DNA of 64,000 nucleotides, from assembly GCA_964106915.2 (NCBI GenBank), contig OZ066918.1, one strand, 5' to 3'. This DNA is from Podarcis gaigeae (lineage: Eukaryota). Under the pieces are notes generated by a model. That model ran no database searches and was not told where the DNA came from. It was given only the letters and a program-made list of their open reading frames with translations. Shown piece by piece: positions 58,679 to 64,000 of this stretch (positions are counted from its first letter, which is position 1; every line of letters begins with the position of its first letter). Position numbers and translations under genes: made by a program.

Positions 58679-60229
58679 CTAAAGCAAAGCAAACACACTT
58701 TCTTAGATTTAATTCTGCCAGGGTATGGTTACTGTCCCTTTCCCCCTTTTACAAAGCATACTGTACTTTTGAATGCCCCTCCACAAAGTTCTTCAAAGTG
58801 CTAGTCCACACTGGGTAAATTCAGACACGCAAAATCTTCTAAATAATGCACCTCGGCTGAACTTAGGAGCACATTCACATGGAAAACAGATTTATCAGCC
58901 TCCTCCCTGCCCAAAGGCATGCATTTAAAATAATGAAAAACCTTGATCTGAAGCAGCAACTCAGCAACGGCATAATTAAATAGATAATTAAGTAGATTAA
59001 AAGCAAGATCCTCTATTAAAACAGCAACATCACCTGTCCAACACTGCAAAACAATGCACACAAGCAATTAAAAAAACAAATCACTAAAGCACAGCATCAG
59101 CAATTGAAAAAGAACACCGTGGCCATTAAAATAGTTCAACAACAAAAAAAGTGGCAGCTGGAGTAAAAGCAGGAAGAGCAGGAAGGAATGCCCAACAACA
59201 AGTGGAATCAGCAGCATCTGCCTTGGTAGCAAATGTGTTTTGAAACAAGAGCATCTTCACCTGTTAGCTGAGAAGTGCTATGGAACTGGTCATGTGGCTT
59301 TCCACTGGTAAGTTGTTCCATGGTGTATGAATGATGAAGAGGAGGCAGCCATGACCTTTTCTAATCTTACTGGGGGACAGTGATATGAAGGCACATAAGG
59401 CCACCATATCACTGAAGTACAGCAAGTCTGGATATGGTTAGTGTCTGGGTGGAACAACCTGTTTGCCACTAGGGGTTCCATGACTGAAGGAGGAATGGGT
59501 GGATGACCAGGCAAAAACCTTCCCTGTGATCTCAGAGAAAGAGGACCACAAGGAACTTATGGCAGCAGTGAAGCCAAACTCCAGCTTGTTTATTTATGGA
59601 ATTAATATCCTGCCATTCCTCCTCAAAGCTGAAACAAGCATCAGCCAGCCAACATTCCTGAGCTTAAGCTGGAGATACATTTCTTTTGTTTTGCTCTGAT
59701 CAGAAGCTGAGTTACAGAGTTCTGCCCCGGTTGCAACTTCCAAGCCAGCTTCAAGAGCCATCCACAGATATGATTTGAGCTTTCTGGAGATGATTTCTGC
59801 AGCCACAACAACGGCATCTTTTTCAGCCATTAATAATAAGGGCTTTCCCCCCTAGGTAGCTGTGACTTTATCTGTGTTACAGTCTCCATGTCAAAGCATC
59901 CCTGGGGATGGTGGAACGGGTGGCATCATGTGGAAAAAGGGGTTTGGGGTTTGTTTGTTTTTTGCATGTCTGCACTGGCCAATATCCTCAATTCCAGATA
60001 AATCTAAAAAAATGTGCCTATAAGATCAAATACCGGGAGTTGTGTGGCTAACACATGCCACATTTATCATCTCCCCTACTTTGGTTACGGCTGCCGAATA
60101 TAAGGAACTTCCTGCAGTCGAGCACCTGGAATCATTGGTTGGCCATTTGTGGTGTGCTTCATTCACTGTTTCTGTTCTCATTTCATTTCCCCCAGGCCCC
60201 TTGCAGAGATAACAAGATTTTTTGATTAC

Positions 60230-60391
60230 CCTGCAAAAGCCAGCAAAGCTACCATTGAATATGGAGACCAGGAGAGGACATAAAGTAAGATGATAACCAG
60301 GGCTACTTTGGCCATTTTCCATTCATTCGTCATCCTCTGGGACAGCCTTTGAGATTCTTTAGTACCATCTGAACTGATGGTTTGAACAGCC
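60230..60391 (-). CDS. OPN4: Opn4m coding exon, equivalent to exon 6 (ICL3-TM6)
   Basis: (R)AVQTISSDGTKESQRLSQRMTNEWKMAKVALVIILLYVLSWSPYSMVALLAFA(G). Acceptor TTTCCTCAG, donor GTAATC, 162 nt. Phases match the neighbouring exons. Confidence 0.96.
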
Positions 60392-61430
60392 CTGAGGAAA
60401 AGAACAAAACATGAATGAAGGAACAAAAGTGAGGTCTGCTTATGCAGAATGCCACATGTTTGTTTATTACTGGGTCAACGCCATTGATATCCAAAGATCC
60501 ACTTTCATGAATGGAAGCACATAGATGTGTTTGTGTTGTCAATTTGCCCTTCTCACAGATGCAGCTTCAGCAGTCCCTGAAAAGCCATTTGGGAGGGTTA
60601 GGGGCTCTCAACATAAGAAGCCAACTTGTACTGAGTCAAGCTATATGTGCATCAAACTCAGTGTTGTCTCTGACTGTTTTGGTGGCTCTGCAGAGTCTCA
60701 GGCTGGGCTCCTTCCCATCATCAGCTTTTTGATATTTTACCAGAGTTGAACTTTGAACCTTCCACAGGCAAAGCACATCTGCACTGAGCCATTATGGTCC
60801 CTCCTTCTTCTGTTCTGGAGCAGAATGCAACATGATGGAGGGAGCTGCATTTGGGGCAAAATCACAAACTCCAGTTATATGAGAGTGCTTCTGCATGTGG
60901 ATCTTTGAGTGCAAGCATGTGGTTTTCTTTCCCCAATATAATCAGTCACTAGATTCACATCCACAAGAAGCAGCTGGTAAATCGGGCATGAAAAATTCAA
61001 ATCTTCGGCATGTGCTGCTAAAACCTTCATTATCTTGCCAGGCTCATCCATCAATACAAGCTCAAAACTGCTTCAGAGATGTTGATTTGTTATCGTTACC
61101 AATAAAGGGACCCTAAGAATTACAGCTCTGAGACAATGAGGGTGCCAGAGATCTCTAATATTGGCACCTTCCAAAAAAACTACATTTCACAACTTCTTCA
61201 GGGCAAGAGATTTTCAGTGAGGTTTAAGCCTGCAGTGTAGAACTGCCCATTGTGTATACCCCTCAGACGGAGAGTGCAGTGTGCATGCAATGCCATTTTT
61301 AATCTGATCATGCTGCAAAGGTGTCAAACTTCTACCCTCCCTTCCACCTGTATCATTCTTTTTTCACTTAACACACCTTCTCCCCATCTTCAGCTTTATG
61401 CAACAAAAATGCAGGTGTTGTTTCTTATTA

Positions 61431-61572
61431 GGTGGGATAGCACAGTTGGTAGAGTATGAAACTCTTAATCTCAGAGTTGTGGGTTCAAGTCCCATACTGG
61501 ACAAAAGATTCCTGCATTGCATGGGGTTGGACTAGATGACCCTCAGGGTCCCTTCCAACTCTACAATTCTAT
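61431..61572 (+). mobile_element. tRNA-Lys(CTT)-headed SINE with CR1-derived tail
   Basis: Head GGTAGAGTATGAAACTCTTAATCTCAGAGTTGTGGGTTCAAGTCCC resembles tRNA-Lys-CTT. The tail is TTCCTGCATTGC...CCCTTCCAACTCTACAATTCTAT. Confidence 0.85.
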
Positions 61573-61585
61573 AGAATAACAATAA

Positions 61586-61721
61586 TAGAGTTGGAAGGGA
61601 CCCTGAGGATCATCTGGTTCAACCCCCTGAAATGCAGGAATATGCAGCCGCCCCATACAGGGATCGAACCTGCAACCTTGGCATTATCAGCACCACATTC
61701 TAACCAACTGAGCTATCCAGG
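61586..61721 (-). mobile_element. tRNA-Ile-headed SINE with CR1-derived tail
   Basis: Head GGATAGCTCAGTTGGTTAGAATGTGGTGCTGATAATGCCAAGGTTGCAGGTTCGATCCC on the minus strand. Confidence 0.87.
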
Positions 61722-62485
61722 TTCTTGATGATTCTGATTCCTGTAGATGACCACACATGTTCCTCATTCCTTCCTGTGCCTATCAATCCTGGGGAAGGAA
61801 TCTCCAAGACAGATCTCAACAGAAGCAGAACAAATTGTGCAAACTATGAAAATGGAGGCAAACTGGACTAATAATGATGCTTTAGAGTAGACCCACTGTA
61901 ATCAATAGGATTTCTCAACCAGTGTGCTCCAAGCATCAAGGGAGTCTGGATCTAACCCACCACTAAGTGCTTTCAAAAGAATACATTAAATAAAATCTAA
62001 TAAAAAAGATGGGAAAGGGGGACAGACACAAATGAAAGGAAATAACTGTTGGCAGAATTTATACAGGTTGCAGAATTTTGCTTTCCATGTTCGTTTTAAA
62101 GCAAAGAGTACCAACAGCTCTGAATTAGATTTACCTTCCATCCAATACATCATGTCAGTTCTTAATTGCAACCCTGGTTCTCATTCATCTTTGTAAATTA
62201 GACTCAAGTAAAATCTGATTCGTCTCTGTCTGTTCCAATCCTCGGATAATTCATGGAGCTGTTCTCCAAATCAGACACCCTAATATCTCTCTGAAATCTG
62301 ATCTAAGTGCCTATCAAAATGATGTGGGAACATGGTGCAGAATCTACAGCCATTTTTGCCTGCACTTCATGTTCCTGTTTTGTTTCCTACTGGCTGGAGG
62401 TCACAACTTTGGGGGTGGGGAAGGGGGTGGGGGACAAAGTAACCTTCCACTAACGCAAACAATGGGAAGCACATGCGTGACTCAC

Positions 62486-62657
62486 CTGTTTGTATTCCGG
62501 ATGGCTCTGAAAATGAAGAAATAGCTGTATATGATGGCAATTAGGGGAATGAAGAACACAAAGCAAAAGAGGAGCATTGTGTAGGCACGGACCGATGGGG
62601 TGAAGGTAATATAATCCCAGGAGCAAGATGTCAGGAGGCCTTCCGGAACATAAGCAC
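62486..62657 (-). CDS. OPN4: Melanopsin Opn4m coding exon, equivalent to human exon 5 (ECL2-TM5)
   Basis: Minus strand translates (S)AYVPEGLLTSCSWDYITFTPSVRAYTMLLFCFVFFIPLIAIIYSYFFIFRAIRNTN(R). Bounded by acceptor AAG and donor GTGAG, 172 nt. PEGLLTSCSWDY...VRAYTMLL is the Opn4m form rather than Opn4x. Contains the E181-equivalent Glu and the ECL2 Cys. Confidence 0.97.
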
Positions 62658-62945
62658 CTTAGCGGAAAGACAGGGGGGAAAAATAAGCTTTCCCTCCAAA
62701 AGTTATTGGAACTTTAATTTAAAATGTAATCAGAAATTTTATTTCAAGCTTACTAAATCTGTGCAATAATGCTGTAAACCACATTTCAGAGGGTAGGTAG
62801 CCTTTTGCTGGCTTGCTTTAGAAAGTTTGTAGTTAACTCATAGGATTCATTGCCGCGTAAGCGTGTGGCAATTTAACAACTAGCAAATTTATTCTGGACT
62901 ACGTTTTTGTGGACTACAGACAAACAGACAAACAGACCACAGACA

Positions 62946-63187
62946 GTTCCTGCTAACCTAGCAGTTTGAAAGCACGTCAAAGTGCAAGTAGATAAATAGG
63001 TACCGCTCTGGCGGGAAGGTAAACGGCATTTCTGTGCACTGCTCTGGTTCGCCAGAAGCAGCTTAGTCATGCTGGCCACATGACCTGGAAGCTGTACGCC
63101 GGCTCCCTCGGCCAATAAAGCGAGATGAGCGCTGCAACCCCAGAGTTGGTCACGACTGGACCTTATGGTCATGGGTCCCTTTACCTT
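62946..63187 (+). mobile_element. 5'-truncated Sauria SINE
   Basis: Core GTAGATAAATAGGTACC...GCTGGCCACATGACC and CCTTTACCTTT tail. 22-bp TSD TACGTTTTTGTGGACTACAGAC at 62900-62921 and 63188-63209. Confidence 0.92.
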
Positions 63188-64000
63188 TACGTTTTTGTGG
63201 ACTACAGACCACCTTATTGTATCCATGAACTGTTTTCCTGAGTTGCAGATCAGCAATAGCTAATACTGAGCTGGGTGGACCAAGACTAGATAACTCGGTA
63301 TAAGGCAGGAAGTGGGAATAGTGAAAATCACCAGTATGCCGCACATGTGCAAGTGAGTTGTGCTTGCAGAAGAGACTTCCGCTTATGGAAGAGCACCTTG
63401 GGATGCAAACTATTGTACTGCGGAGATTAATATCCTGAAACTGAATAAAGACAATAATACTGGTCCATTATAAATTTGTGTTACAGTGTAAACAAGTTCA
63501 GTGCAGCTCAAATCTGACATTGTCCTCTCCTTGCTTCAGCTCCTAGAAGACTCCTGGTGTCCCATTACAGAGATGGTTTTTAATTTATCAACCTTGCTCT
63601 GGCCACAAGCTAGATTGTGCAGACTGACACCTCGCTATTCCCTGCTGCTAATGGGAGGAGGTTTATTTGATAGGCTTTGATGAACAACTAACACATCTCC
63701 TTTTGTTGGCTGAAAAGAACCATACCTCTCGTGACCAAGCACAAGATGAAACAGATTATTAAAGCTCTCGATAAAACCACCAGCAGAATAGAAATTAATC
63801 TGGTACATATAATTAAGTTTGCGGTTAAATAAACATTGTTTTTAAAGAAACACAAAAGAAATAGGAACTATTCTCCTGATGGATGTTGTGTAGGAATGCA
63901 ATTAACTGCGGACATTAAACTGCTGTAGCCTGGGCGATTCCCAGCATTCCTACCAATAACTTCTATTATTTCTGCTTTGGGAAATGTCACACCAGATGTT

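Noticed and set aside
45481-62657. Assignment as Opn4x
   Set aside because: Exon 5 residues, the tail motifs and adjacency to LDB3 all indicate Opn4m.
62658-64000. OPN4 exon 4
   Set aside because: No sequence encoding the expected ...LPPFFGW end was found, so it must lie beyond the window.

Overview
This is vertebrate genomic DNA from a squamate, most likely a lacertid lizard. That call rests on Lacertidae-type Sauria SINEs, BovB, CR1-tailed tRNA SINEs and typical lizard MITEs. Two minus-strand genes lie in the conserved OPN4-LDB3 order. (1) The 3' part of mammalian-like melanopsin OPN4/Opn4m: five confidently placed exons (equivalent to human exons 5-9, 62657 to 52837) plus three probable C-terminal exons (about 50008, 47893-47855, 45765-45481). 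Exons 1-4 lie beyond the window. (2) The first coding exon of LDB3/ZASP/Cypher (20619-20527), with a muscle-type MEF2/GATA/CArG/AP-1 cluster just upstream and a CpG-rich candidate distal promoter near 35.5 kb. The next LDB3 exon is outside the window. The rest is intron or intergenic DNA dense in transposons. These include a very young 5'-truncated L1 with an uninterrupted 870-codon ORF2, poly(A) tail and perfect target-site duplication (TSD), plus BovB, CR1 and L2 fragments, three SINE families and many hAT and Tc1/mariner MITEs. There are two assembly gaps. I found no wholly new gene system. The best leads are a modular, all-phase-0 melanopsin C-tail splicing region, the fresh antisense L1 in LDB3 carrying a cryptic acceptor and poly(A) signals, inverted SINE pairs in the OPN4 pre-mRNA, and several unusual insertion junctions. 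All alignments and counts were done by eye.
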